Below, piece by piece: positions 10,222-18,395 of a DNA stretch of 64,000 nt; position 1 is the stretch's first letter; each line of letters begins with the position of its first letter. Both the position numbers and the translations under genes were made by a program. The notes below the pieces were generated by a model that made no database searches, had not been told where the DNA came from, and worked only from the letters and a program-made list of their open reading frames with translations. The stretch spans positions 27,991 to 91,990 of the forward strand of contig JAUXNU010000144.1 in assembly GCA_030682655.1 (NCBI GenBank), written 5' to 3'. The DNA comes from Actinomycetota bacterium (lineage in GTDB: Bacteria > Actinomycetota > Coriobacteriia > Anaerosomatales > JAUXNU01).

Positions 10222-10237
10222 GTTTCGAGCGCGTTGC
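10222..10237 (-). promoter_or_regulatory. possible GlnR-type half operator upstream of amt
   Basis: The minus strand reads GCAAC-N6-GAAAC about 80 nt upstream of the amt ATG, resembling the actinobacterial GlnR box gTnAC-n6-GaAAC. I see only one convincing a/b pair. Confidence 0.25.
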
Positions 10238-10282
10238 GACGGAGTGAATCCTGATGGTCGATTGCCGGACTCGGGGTGGCGA

Positions 10283-11173
10283 CTACCGCTCGTAGGCGAC
10301 GAGCGTCACACCGCTGCCTTCGGGCACCTTGGCGCCGGCGTGCGGGAACTGCCGCTCCACCAGGGTCTCGCCGCCACGGTCCTCGGCGATGCGCACGATC
10401 TCTTCGCGCACCGAAAGACCCGCACGCCTGAGCAGGGAGTTGGCGATACCGACCTCCATGCCTCGAACGTCGGGGACATCAATGGGAGCCGCCCCTTTGG
10501 ACACGGTCAGGTCGACCGTCTCTCCGAGCTTCGTGTCCGTGCCGGGAGACGGCTCCTGGTCGATGACCAGACCTTCCTGGTAGCGGTCGTATTCTTTCGA
10601 GATGCTCGTCCGGAATCCGATGTCGTAGACGAACTGCTTTGCGTCCGTGTCCCACATGCCAAGGACGGGCGGTACCGGGGCACTTTCGGGGCCCTTCGAG
10701 ACGAGCAGCGTGATCTTCGTGCCCCTGGGGACCCAGAAGTCGTCGGAGGGGTCCTGTCCACAGATCTCACCGACGTCCATCCGGTCGTCGAAGACGCGCC
10801 TGACCCGGCCGCTCCTCAGTCCTGCGTCCTGGAGCGCACGACGGGCGGCGTCCTCGTCTTCGCCGATGACGTACGGAAGCATCACGAGGTCCGGACCGGA
10901 GATGACGATATGGACGCGCGCGCCGGCCACGGTGAGGTCTTCGGCGCGAGGCTTCTGCTGGATGACGACGCCCTGAGAGCCTTTTGCGTTCTCGTCGAAA
11001 TCGACGTCCCCGAGGCGGAAGCCTGCGTCGCGAAGCACGATTTCCGCCTGTTCGCGCGAATACCCGCTCACGTCGGGGACGGGCGTGTCACCCTTCGCGG
11101 TCACGGTGCATCCCACGAACATCATCAAGAGAATCAGAGCTACCGTTCCAAGGCAGCCGAACCGTCGGGACAT
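10283..11173 (-). CDS. lipoprotein with four PASTA domains (no kinase or PBP domain)
   Basis: A signal peptide with lipobox FVGC is followed by four repeats of about 65 aa of the type VPDV.G....A...L...G......V.....G.V..Q.P..G..V..G..V.L..S.G. Confidence 0.75.
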   Translation of the reverse strand: MSRRFGCLGTVALILLMMFVGCTVTAKGDTPVPDVSGYSREQAEIVLRDAGFRLGDVDFDENAKGSQGVVIQQKPRAEDLTVAGARVHIVISGPDLVMLPYVIGEDEDAARRALQDAGLRSGRVRRVFDDRMDVGEICGQDPSDDFWVPRGTKITLLVSKGPESAPVPPVLGMWDTDAKQFVYDIGFRTSISKEYDRYQEGLVIDQEPSPGTDTKLGETVDLTVSKGAAPIDVPDVRGMEVGIANSLLRRAGLSVREEIVRIAEDRGGETLVERQFPHAGAKVPEGSGVTLVAYER

Positions 11174-11276
11174 TGCCGGAATCCCCTACCCCTATCGCGC
11201 ACCGGCGTGCCGGTGGCCGCTGAGTGTCATGAACACTATACAACTCTGGAGCGGTGGACCGCGTTGCGATAGGATA

Positions 11277-11290
11277 CGAACATACGTTCG
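11277..11290 (+). promoter_or_regulatory. LexA (Cheo/SOS) box upstream of uvrA
   Basis: CGAACATACGTTCG is a near-perfect match to the Gram-positive SOS box CGAAC-N4-GTTCG. It lies 16 nt upstream of a TACAAT -10 hexamer (11306-11311) and 71 nt upstream of the uvrA GTG. Confidence 0.6.
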
Positions 11291-11360
11291 CTTTCGCTGG
11301 CATCGTACAATAGAGATTCGTCCGGAAACGCTAGTCGGCAGTGAAGGAAGGTCCTCTCCC

Positions 11361-14213
11361 GTGCCAATCGACTCCATCTCGATCCGAGGAGCCCGCGAGC
11401 ACAACCTCAAAGGATTCGACCTCGACATACCCCGCGACCAGCTCGTCGTCATCACCGGACTGTCCGGTTCAGGCAAGAGTTCGCTCGCGTTCGACACGAT
11501 CTACGCCGAAGGGCAGCGCAGATACGTGGAGTCGCTGTCCGCGTATGCGCGCCAGTTCCTGGGCCAGATGGACAAACCCGATGTCGATCACATCGAAGGC
11601 CTGTCGCCGGCGGTCTCTATCGACCAGAAGACGACCTCGAAGAACCCACGGTCCACGGTGGGGACTGTGACCGAGATCTACGACTACTTGCGATTGCTGT
11701 TCGCGCGCATCGGCGTGCCGCACTGCCCGGTGTGCGGGCGGCCGATCGAGCGGCAGACGAGCGATCAGATCGTCGACCGCATCATGGAGCTTCCCGGAGG
11801 CACCAAGTTCCAGGTGCTCGCACCCGTGGTCCGCGGACGCAAGGGAGAACACGAGAAGCTGCTGGACGAGCTCAAGCGTGAGGGCTTCACGCGCGTGCGC
11901 GTTGACGGGCAGGTGCGGTCGCTCGATGAGGAGATCGTTCTGGACAAGAAGTACCGTCACGACATCGACGTCGTGATCGATCGACTCGCGATGAAGGAGG
12001 GGCTCGGTTCGAGGTTGGCCGAGAGCGTCGAGACGGCGCTGCGCCTTGCTGCGGGCACGCTGGCGATCGCGGTCGTCGACGGCGAGGAGACGTCCTACTC
12101 TCAGGCCCTCGCGTGCCCGGTTCACGGCGTGTCGATGGACGACCTTGCGCCGCGCGACTTCTCGTTCAACTCGCCGTACGGTGCGTGTCCCGAGTGCGCA
12201 GGGCTGGGCTCGCGGCTCGAGGTCGACCCCGAACTGGTGGTTCCGGATGGACATCGTTCCTTGGCAGATGGAGCGATCAAGCCGTTCTCCTCGGGAACGC
12301 AGAACTACTACCCGGCACTGGTGGCGGCCGTGGCCAGCCACATGGGATTCGACCTGGACGTGCCCTGGAACGACCTGCCCGAAGCGGTGCGCGATGCGCT
12401 TTTGAACGGGCTCGGTGACCAGCGTATCCGCGTCGACTACACCACCCGCGACGGTCGCGAGACGCACTGGTACTCCCGGTACGAGGGTGCGGCCAACGCG
12501 ATCGCACGTCGCCACGAGGAGACCGAATCCGAGGGCAGTCGTGAGAAGCTCGAGGAGTATATGGCGGTCATCCCGTGCAAGACGTGCGGCGGCGCGCGCC
12601 TCAAGCCGGAAATCCTTGCGGTGACGGTGGGCGAGCGCAACATCAACGAGGTGACAACGCTGTCCGCCAAGGACTCACTCGCGTTCTTCGAGTCACTCGA
12701 GCTGTCCGAGCGCGACGGGCAGATCGCAGGCCGGGTGATCAAGGAGATCGTCGAGCGGTTGCGATTCCTGGTCGATGTGGGTCTCGACTACCTCACGCTC
12801 GACCGCGGGACGGCCACTCTGTCGGGAGGGGAGGCGCAGCGAATCCGGCTCGCCACACAGATCGGCTCCGGCCTCATGGGCGTGCTCTACATCCTCGATG
12901 AGCCGTCGATCGGCCTGCACCAGCGTGACAACGCCCGCCTCATCGCCACGATGGAGAGGCTGAGGGACCTCGGCAACACCGTGATCGTGGTCGAGCACGA
13001 CGAGGAGACGATACGGGCCGCAGACCACGTCATCGACATGGGTCCCGGTGCCGGCGAGCACGGCGGTGAGATCGTCTGCACAGGCGTGGCCGAGGACATC
13101 ATCGCGTGCGAGGACTCCCTCACCGGGGCCTACCTGGCCGGCCGCAAGCGCATAGCCGTGCCCGTGACGCGCCGCGCTCCCGGACGCGGCGCAATTCTGC
13201 TGACCGGTGCGTCGGAGCACAACCTCAAGACGATCGACGTGGAGATCCCACTCGGGACATTGACTCTCGTGACGGGCGTCTCCGGGTCCGGCAAGTCCTC
13301 GCTCGTGGCCGACACACTCGCGCCGGTGCTCACGAATGCCGTCTACCGTTCGCGAAGGCGTACCGGGAAGCACGAGCGCATCCAGGGTCTCGAGAGCGTC
13401 GACAAGGTCATCAACATCGATCAGTCACCCATCGGGAGAACGCCCCGGTCGAATCCTGCGACGTACACCGGCATGTGGGACGACGTACGGTCACTGTTTT
13501 CGTCGACACCCGAGGCGAAAGCGCGCGGCTACGCTCCGGGGCGGTTCTCCTTCAACGTGAAGGGCGGGCGCTGCGAGGCGTGCAAGGGCGACGGGCAGAT
13601 CAAGATAGAGATGCACTTCTTGCCCGACGTCTACGTGCCATGCGAGGTGTGCACGGGCAAGCGCTACAACCGGGAGACGCTTCAGGTCACCTACAAGGGC
13701 AAGAACGTGAGCGCCATCCTGGATATGACGGTCGAGGAGGCACTCCACTTCTTCGAGAACATCCCGCCGATCAAACGCAAGCTCCAGACACTCTTCGACG
13801 TCGGCCTCGGCTACATCCGTATGGGACAACCGGCCACCACGCTCTCGGGCGGGGAGGCCCAGCGCGTCAAGCTCGCGAGCGAACTGCAGAAGCGTTCGAC
13901 CGGACGCACGTTCTACATCCTCGACGAGCCCACAACGGGGCTGCACTTCGACGACGTGCGGCAGCTCCTCGACGTGCTCACGCGCCTTGTCGACCTGGGC
14001 AACACGGTGCTGGTCGTCGAGCACAACCTGGACGTGATCAAGAGTGCCGACTACGTGATCGATCTCGGCCCCGACGGCGGCGACGCAGGCGGAGAGGTCG
14101 TCGCGACGGGAACGCCGGAGGACATCGCCGTCAATCCGAGTTCATATACCGGTCGGTTCCTCGCGCCCGTGCTCCGCGGGGATGCTGCGACGGTTGCGCC
14201 GGCGCGAGACTGA
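11361..14213 (+). CDS. uvrA: excinuclease ABC subunit A
   Basis: The protein starts [55 protein letters not shown] and carries two ABC modules and zinc-finger Cys pairs. GTG 11361 follows GAAGGAAGG. The upstream extension in the ORF track has no UvrA-like sequence. Confidence 0.95.
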   Translation: MPIDSISIRGAREHNLKGFDLDIPRDQLVVITGLSGSGKSSLAFDTIYAEGQRRYVESLSAYARQFLGQMDKPDVDHIEGLSPAVSIDQKTTSKNPRSTVGTVTEIYDYLRLLFARIGVPHCPVCGRPIERQTSDQIVDRIMELPGGTKFQVLAPVVRGRKGEHEKLLDELKREGFTRVRVDGQVRSLDEEIVLDKKYRHDIDVVIDRLAMKEGLGSRLAESVETALRLAAGTLAIAVVDGEETSYSQALACPVHGVSMDDLAPRDFSFNSPYGACPECAGLGSRLEVDPELVVPDGHRSLADGAIKPFSSGTQNYYPALVAAVASHMGFDLDVPWNDLPEAVRDALLNGLGDQRIRVDYTTRDGRETHWYSRYEGAANAIARRHEETESEGSREKLEEYMAVIPCKTCGGARLKPEILAVTVGERNINEVTTLSAKDSLAFFESLELSERDGQIAGRVIKEIVERLRFLVDVGLDYLTLDRGTATLSGGEAQRIRLATQIGSGLMGVLYILDEPSIGLHQRDNARLIATMERLRDLGNTVIVVEHDEETIRAADHVIDMGPGAGEHGGEIVCTGVAEDIIACEDSLTGAYLAGRKRIAVPVTRRAPGRGAILLTGASEHNLKTIDVEIPLGTLTLVTGVSGSGKSSLVADTLAPVLTNAVYRSRRRTGKHERIQGLESVDKVINIDQSPIGRTPRSNPATYTGMWDDVRSLFSSTPEAKARGYAPGRFSFNVKGGRCEACKGDGQIKIEMHFLPDVYVPCEVCTGKRYNRETLQVTYKGKNVSAILDMTVEEALHFFENIPPIKRKLQTLFDVGLGYIRMGQPATTLSGGEAQRVKLASELQKRSTGRTFYILDEPTTGLHFDDVRQLLDVLTRLVDLGNTVLVVEHNLDVIKSADYVIDLGPDGGDAGGEVVATGTPEDIAVNPSSYTGRFLAPVLRGDAATVAPARD

Positions 14214-14214
14214 A

Positions 14215-14234
14215 CGCGCAGGAAATGCTGCGCG
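14215..14234 (+). terminator. weak hairpin after uvrA
   Basis: CGCGCAG-GAAATG-CTGCGCG forms a 7-bp stem with no U-tract. Confidence 0.3.
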
Positions 14235-14305
14235 CCGCACGCCCCATCCTGCGATAATGGAGTCGCATCGACCTGCGCGAAGCACGGGAAGGATGGCGTC
14301 GCTCC

Positions 14306-14806
14306 TTGGCTGATCGGAACCGTCATCGGGTGATGTGGCTCGCCGTGGCAGCGGTCGGTCTCATCGCTCTTGTCGTGCTCGGCGCGTCCTTCTATGCGCG
14401 CGGCGGGGGACCGGTGCCATCATGGTTCCCCTTCCAGTCGCGGCTGGGGGACCCGCTCTCAGCCTCTGGGCCTGCGGAAACCGCACTGCGGACCGTGCGC
14501 CTCGCCGGCTTCGAGCGCGCGGTTGTGGGGAATGGCGACGGTACCGCAGTGATGCGGCTGGAACTCCCGCAGGTCTCCTCGGCAGCCGATGTCGAGATCG
14601 CATGGCAGACGGGCTTCGCGGCCCTGGCTGCGGCGTATCCCGGCGACGACCGCTACGCAGTCCAGGTCTTCGATGGCTCCCGGTCGCTTGTTGAGGTGCG
14701 CGGCAAAGGTCGCGCGATTCGCGCGGCAGTCGAAGCAGACGATGGCGACGCGCTTCGGGACGCAGTGGAGTTCGTCTTCCTGTCCGAGGAGGGCGTCGAT
14801 GGATAG
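14306..14806 (+). CDS. hypothetical membrane-anchored protein
   Basis: The ORF has a TTG start 12 nt after GGAAGGA (GTG/ATG at 14330/14333 are alternatives). One N-terminal TM helix (WLAVAAVGLIALVVLGASF) is present. I recognise no family. Its stop overlaps the next start (ATGGATAG). Confidence 0.45.
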   Translation: MADRNRHRVMWLAVAAVGLIALVVLGASFYARGGGPVPSWFPFQSRLGDPLSASGPAETALRTVRLAGFERAVVGNGDGTAVMRLELPQVSSAADVEIAWQTGFAALAAAYPGDDRYAVQVFDGSRSLVEVRGKGRAIRAAVEADDGDALRDAVEFVFLSEEGVDG

Positions 14807-16481
14807 CCGTATCGTCCGCGTGCTTCTCGCATCGTTCCTGGCGGTCGTGTCATGCGCGCCGGCGGTTGCCTCTCCCTCGGCCGGCGGCTACGAGCATCAG
14901 TGGCAGGCGCAGGGCATGATGATCGGTGAGGTTGGAGCCACGAGCCTGCGTGTCGTGGACTCAAGAGTCGAGCTCAGCTACGAGAAGAGCGCCTTCCGGG
15001 GCGAGATCGTCTACTCCGACGTGCTCGGCATACGCGATACCGAGGGCACGGTCTCGCAGGAGTCCTCAATCGAGCTTCGTCTGACGGGCACGTCTCTGCA
15101 GGGTGGCACCGCCGCAGGCGGGACCTTCTCCGGGACGGCGACGCTGAAGCTGCGCGATGCAGCGAATCTCGATTCAGCTATCGCCGAGGAGATCGTCTCG
15201 GCCGCAGCACGTACGGAGACGTACGACGTCGGAGGACACTGGGGCGCGACTCTGTCGGGGACAATGGCCAGCGGCGAGGTCATATTCGAGCGTGCTGCGA
15301 TTGCTTCCGGGAGCGGTTCGGCCGGACGCGACGCGGCGTGGTTCAACCGCGCGGCGATCGCGAACCCCGACATGCTCGGTGACCCGCAGCTCTTTGCCGC
15401 GCGTGTCAGCGGACTGACGTCCGCATCTCCGGGTGATGGCGATGGCGGTGAAGACGGCGACTCCGGGACTCCCTCAGACGGGGCATCGTCAGGGAACTCG
15501 GGCTCGGCAGCCGGCACGGGCGGGGAGTCGGTAGTGGTCTACATCCTCAAGGGCATCCGCGGCGGTGACCTGGCGAGGCCGGTGCCGATCCCCGACGAGC
15601 TTGCCCGCGCAGCGCGTGACCTTGCCGACGCGCGCCCTGTGGGGGCGACCCCTCTCCCCGACAACTCCGTGGCCATCGACCGGGATATCGCCGGGGCCTA
15701 CCTCGATGCCAAGAATGCCGCCGCGGGCCTGCTCTCCGAGGACGGACCGTCCGGCCCGGTCGTCCAGTCCTTGGTCGACGCTGTCGCAGGTGCGCGCAAA
15801 GGCGTAGCAGGGATTGCGGCCGTCGATCCGGATGAGGATGCCGGTACGGTGTGGTCGCAGCGTGCAATTTCCGCTCTCGAGCCGCGAATGTCATCGCCCG
15901 GAGCGCAAGAGCTCGCTGACCAGCTGCGCGGGATAGCGCCGGGGGCCGACAGGGAGACCGTCGGCGCCTTACGCGTGTGGACACTCGCAGCGATCGCAAG
16001 TGGCGTGGACTCGTCGTACGGGTCGGTTCTGGAAGGGACGCACAGCGTGGCTACCGAGGTGGAGAGCGCTTCTCTCGCAGAAGGCGCTCCGTCGGATGCC
16101 GTGCTGGCAGCAGCCGATGATCCCGGCGCGCCGGAGACGGCGCTCGTGGTCAGCGGCTTTGTCAGGGAACCTTCGCTCGACACGAGTGCTACGGCAGATG
16201 GCGAGCTTCTGCCGAACCGCGTGCTCGCCACGAGCGGCAGCGGGAGCAAAGGAGGCGACGGGCTCGCGTATCTGTCGTCCGCAGGCCCGCGCCAGGTCGA
16301 TCCGGACGTCTGGCTGGCACACCGACGAGGAGACGGCACGGCTTTGTGGCTGGCCGGCGAGGGCGCCGATGTCGCGTTGCGCGATGTGTCCGTGCGTGGC
16401 TGGGCGTTCCGCATCGAGCGGGCGGCGCTTGTGGACGCATCACGGTGCGGGCGCATGCTGGCCGTCTTCGCCGCGAGATAG
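14799..16481 (+). CDS. hypothetical secreted protein (signal peptide, beta-rich N-half, G/S/D linker, Ala-rich C-half)
   Basis: ATG 14799 overlaps the previous stop. It has a signal peptide (MDSRIVRVLLASFLAVVSCAPAVASPSAG) and third-position GC bias consistent with coding. I recognise no family. Confidence 0.5.
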   Translation: MDSRIVRVLLASFLAVVSCAPAVASPSAGGYEHQWQAQGMMIGEVGATSLRVVDSRVELSYEKSAFRGEIVYSDVLGIRDTEGTVSQESSIELRLTGTSLQGGTAAGGTFSGTATLKLRDAANLDSAIAEEIVSAAARTETYDVGGHWGATLSGTMASGEVIFERAAIASGSGSAGRDAAWFNRAAIANPDMLGDPQLFAARVSGLTSASPGDGDGGEDGDSGTPSDGASSGNSGSAAGTGGESVVVYILKGIRGGDLARPVPIPDELARAARDLADARPVGATPLPDNSVAIDRDIAGAYLDAKNAAAGLLSEDGPSGPVVQSLVDAVAGARKGVAGIAAVDPDEDAGTVWSQRAISALEPRMSSPGAQELADQLRGIAPGADRETVGALRVWTLAAIASGVDSSYGSVLEGTHSVATEVESASLAEGAPSDAVLAAADDPGAPETALVVSGFVREPSLDTSATADGELLPNRVLATSGSGSKGGDGLAYLSSAGPRQVDPDVWLAHRRGDGTALWLAGEGADVALRDVSVRGWAFRIERAALVDASRCGRMLAVFAAR

Positions 16482-16483
16482 CG

Positions 16484-18376
16484 ATGGGCGACCCGAGCAT
16501 CCGCGAGCAGTTGGATGGCGTTCCCGACCGCCCCGGCGTCTACCTGTGGAAATCCGCCGAAGAGGTCCTCTATGTCGGTAAGGCCAAGTCGCTCCGCAAG
16601 CGGATGCGACAGTACGTCCTTGGCCAGGACGAGAGGGAGAAGGTCCCGCTCATGATGGAACAGGTGACCTCGTTCGACTACTTCGTGACCGACACCGAGG
16701 TCGAGTCGCTAATCCTCGAGAAGAACCTCATCCGGCAGTTCGGGCCGCCCTTCAATGTCGACTACCGCGATGACAAGTCGTACCCGTTCATCGCGCTGAC
16801 CACGGGCGACCCCTTCCCGGCGATCAAGTTCACGCGCGAGAAGCACCGTGCGGGTGTGCGCTACTTCGGCCCCTACACCGACGCGCGGGCCGCGCGCGAG
16901 ACCGTCGAGGTCGTCCGTCGGATCTATCCGATCTGCAGTGCGCAGTGCGTGGAGTGGAAGCGTGTCAACGCGCGGGGAGGGGAGCCCAGCGACAAGGCGT
17001 GCTTTGACTACGGGGTCGGCAAGGGGCCGGGCCCGTGTGTCGGGGCATGCACATTCGAGGAGTACGCGGAGAGTGTCGCGCACGTTGTCGCGTTCCTGCA
17101 GGGCAAGCGCGCGGGCGTGGCCGAGGAGCTCGAGACCGCAATGCGCGAGGCGGCGGCCGACCTCGACTTCGAGCGTGCTGCGCGCAACCGCAACCGGCTC
17201 GATGCCGTGCGCGGTATCGAACACAGGCAGAAGGTCGTGTCCAGCCGGCCGCTCGACATGGACGTGATAGGCGTGTGGCGCGAAGAGACGATCGCAGGGG
17301 TGCACCTCTTCGTGGTGCGCGAAGGTCGCGTGCTCATCGGCAACGAGTTCGTGCTCGACAAGGGCCTCGACGTGCCGCTTCCCGAGCTCGTCGAGGGCTT
17401 CTTGCTGCGCTACTACGATGATGCGTCCCACGTGCCGCACGAGGTGATAGTCCCCGAGCTGCCGCCCCGACCCGCCGTCGCCGAGGAGTGGCTAGGCTCG
17501 GTGCGTGGCGGCAGGGTGCATCTTCGCGTGCCCCAGCGTGGCGAGAAGCGCGATCTCGCACAGCTCGCGGAGACCAACGCCCGCCACACGCTCATGCGCT
17601 TCAAGGTGCGAACCCGCTACGACGAGGAACGCATCAACGCGGCACTCCTCCAGCTCGAAAGCGCACTTGCGCTGCCTGTGCCGCCGCTTCGCATCGAGTG
17701 TTACGACATCTCGACACTGCACGGCCGCCACTCGGTGGGCTCGATGGTGGTGTTCGCGGGCGGTCGCCCGGAACCGTCGCAGTACCGGCGATTCCGCGTC
17801 CGGATGGACACGCCGGAAGCCAACGACGTCGCGATGATGCGCGAGGTGCTTCTGCGCAGGTTCGCACCCGAGCGCATGGGTGACGGCCGCTTCGGCTCCC
17901 GGCCGAACCTCGTGATCGTGGACGGCGGGAAACCGCAGCTCTCCTCGGCGGTTGCCGCGCTCGCCGAATCCGGCGTCGGCGACATCCCCGTGGTCGGGCT
18001 GGCCAAGCGCGAAGAGGAGCTGTTCGTTCCCGGATGGGACGAGCCGGTCGTGCTTCCGGCGGGTTCTGCGTCGCTCTTCCTCGTGAAGCGCGTGCGCGAC
18101 GAGGCACACCGCTTCGCGATCACCTACCACCGCGAGCTCCGGGGCAAAGCCATGACCGCTTCGGTGCTCGACGACATCCCCGGCATCGGGCCAAAGCGCA
18201 AGAAGGCCTTGCTCGCCGCGTTCGGATCGGTGAAACGCCTGCGTGAGGCGTCAGTGACCGAGATTGCCTCCGTTCGCGGAATCCCCCGCGAACTCGCCGA
18301 GGAGATCGCAGCGGTTGTGAGACAATCCGGGAGAACGGCGGGGGACGCAGAAGCCGGTGTGGACGGCGACGGCTGA
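16484..18376 (+). CDS. uvrC: excinuclease ABC subunit C
   Basis: It has a GIY-YIG N-terminus (PGVYLWKSAEEVLYVGKAKSLRKRMRQY), a UVR domain (DFERAARNRNRL), an endonuclease V-like domain and a C-terminal HhH2 (IPGIGPKRKKALL). Confidence 0.95.
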   Translation: MGDPSIREQLDGVPDRPGVYLWKSAEEVLYVGKAKSLRKRMRQYVLGQDEREKVPLMMEQVTSFDYFVTDTEVESLILEKNLIRQFGPPFNVDYRDDKSYPFIALTTGDPFPAIKFTREKHRAGVRYFGPYTDARAARETVEVVRRIYPICSAQCVEWKRVNARGGEPSDKACFDYGVGKGPGPCVGACTFEEYAESVAHVVAFLQGKRAGVAEELETAMREAAADLDFERAARNRNRLDAVRGIEHRQKVVSSRPLDMDVIGVWREETIAGVHLFVVREGRVLIGNEFVLDKGLDVPLPELVEGFLLRYYDDASHVPHEVIVPELPPRPAVAEEWLGSVRGGRVHLRVPQRGEKRDLAQLAETNARHTLMRFKVRTRYDEERINAALLQLESALALPVPPLRIECYDISTLHGRHSVGSMVVFAGGRPEPSQYRRFRVRMDTPEANDVAMMREVLLRRFAPERMGDGRFGSRPNLVIVDGGKPQLSSAVAALAESGVGDIPVVGLAKREEELFVPGWDEPVVLPAGSASLFLVKRVRDEAHRFAITYHRELRGKAMTASVLDDIPGIGPKRKKALLAAFGSVKRLREASVTEIASVRGIPRELAEEIAAVVRQSGRTAGDAEAGVDGDG

Positions 18377-18395
18377 CGGTCTGTCAGGGGGCAAC

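Noticed and set aside
11085-11360. The ORF track gives long N-terminal extensions to uvrA. The same occurs for uvrC (16346), larE (to 3290), the csoR-family gene (to 45612), yvcK (22562), the oppF-like gene (34506), the B12-rSAM gene (38951), the HAMP-GAF-PP2C gene (57506), the STAS-kinase gene (60930) and the 14589 ORF.
   Set aside because: - The extensions contain no family-like sequence and often overlap the upstream gene.
- Conserved protein N-termini begin at internal ATG/GTG codons that are preceded by GGAGG-type RBSs or that overlap the upstream stop codon.
14294-14314. An ATG directly after the GGAAGGA RBS lies upstream of the 14306 ORF.
   Set aside because: It opens a 6-codon frame ending in TGA (ATG GCG TCG CTC CTT GGC TGA). 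It is too short to call, although it could act as a coupling mini-ORF for the TTG/GTG/ATG starts that follow.
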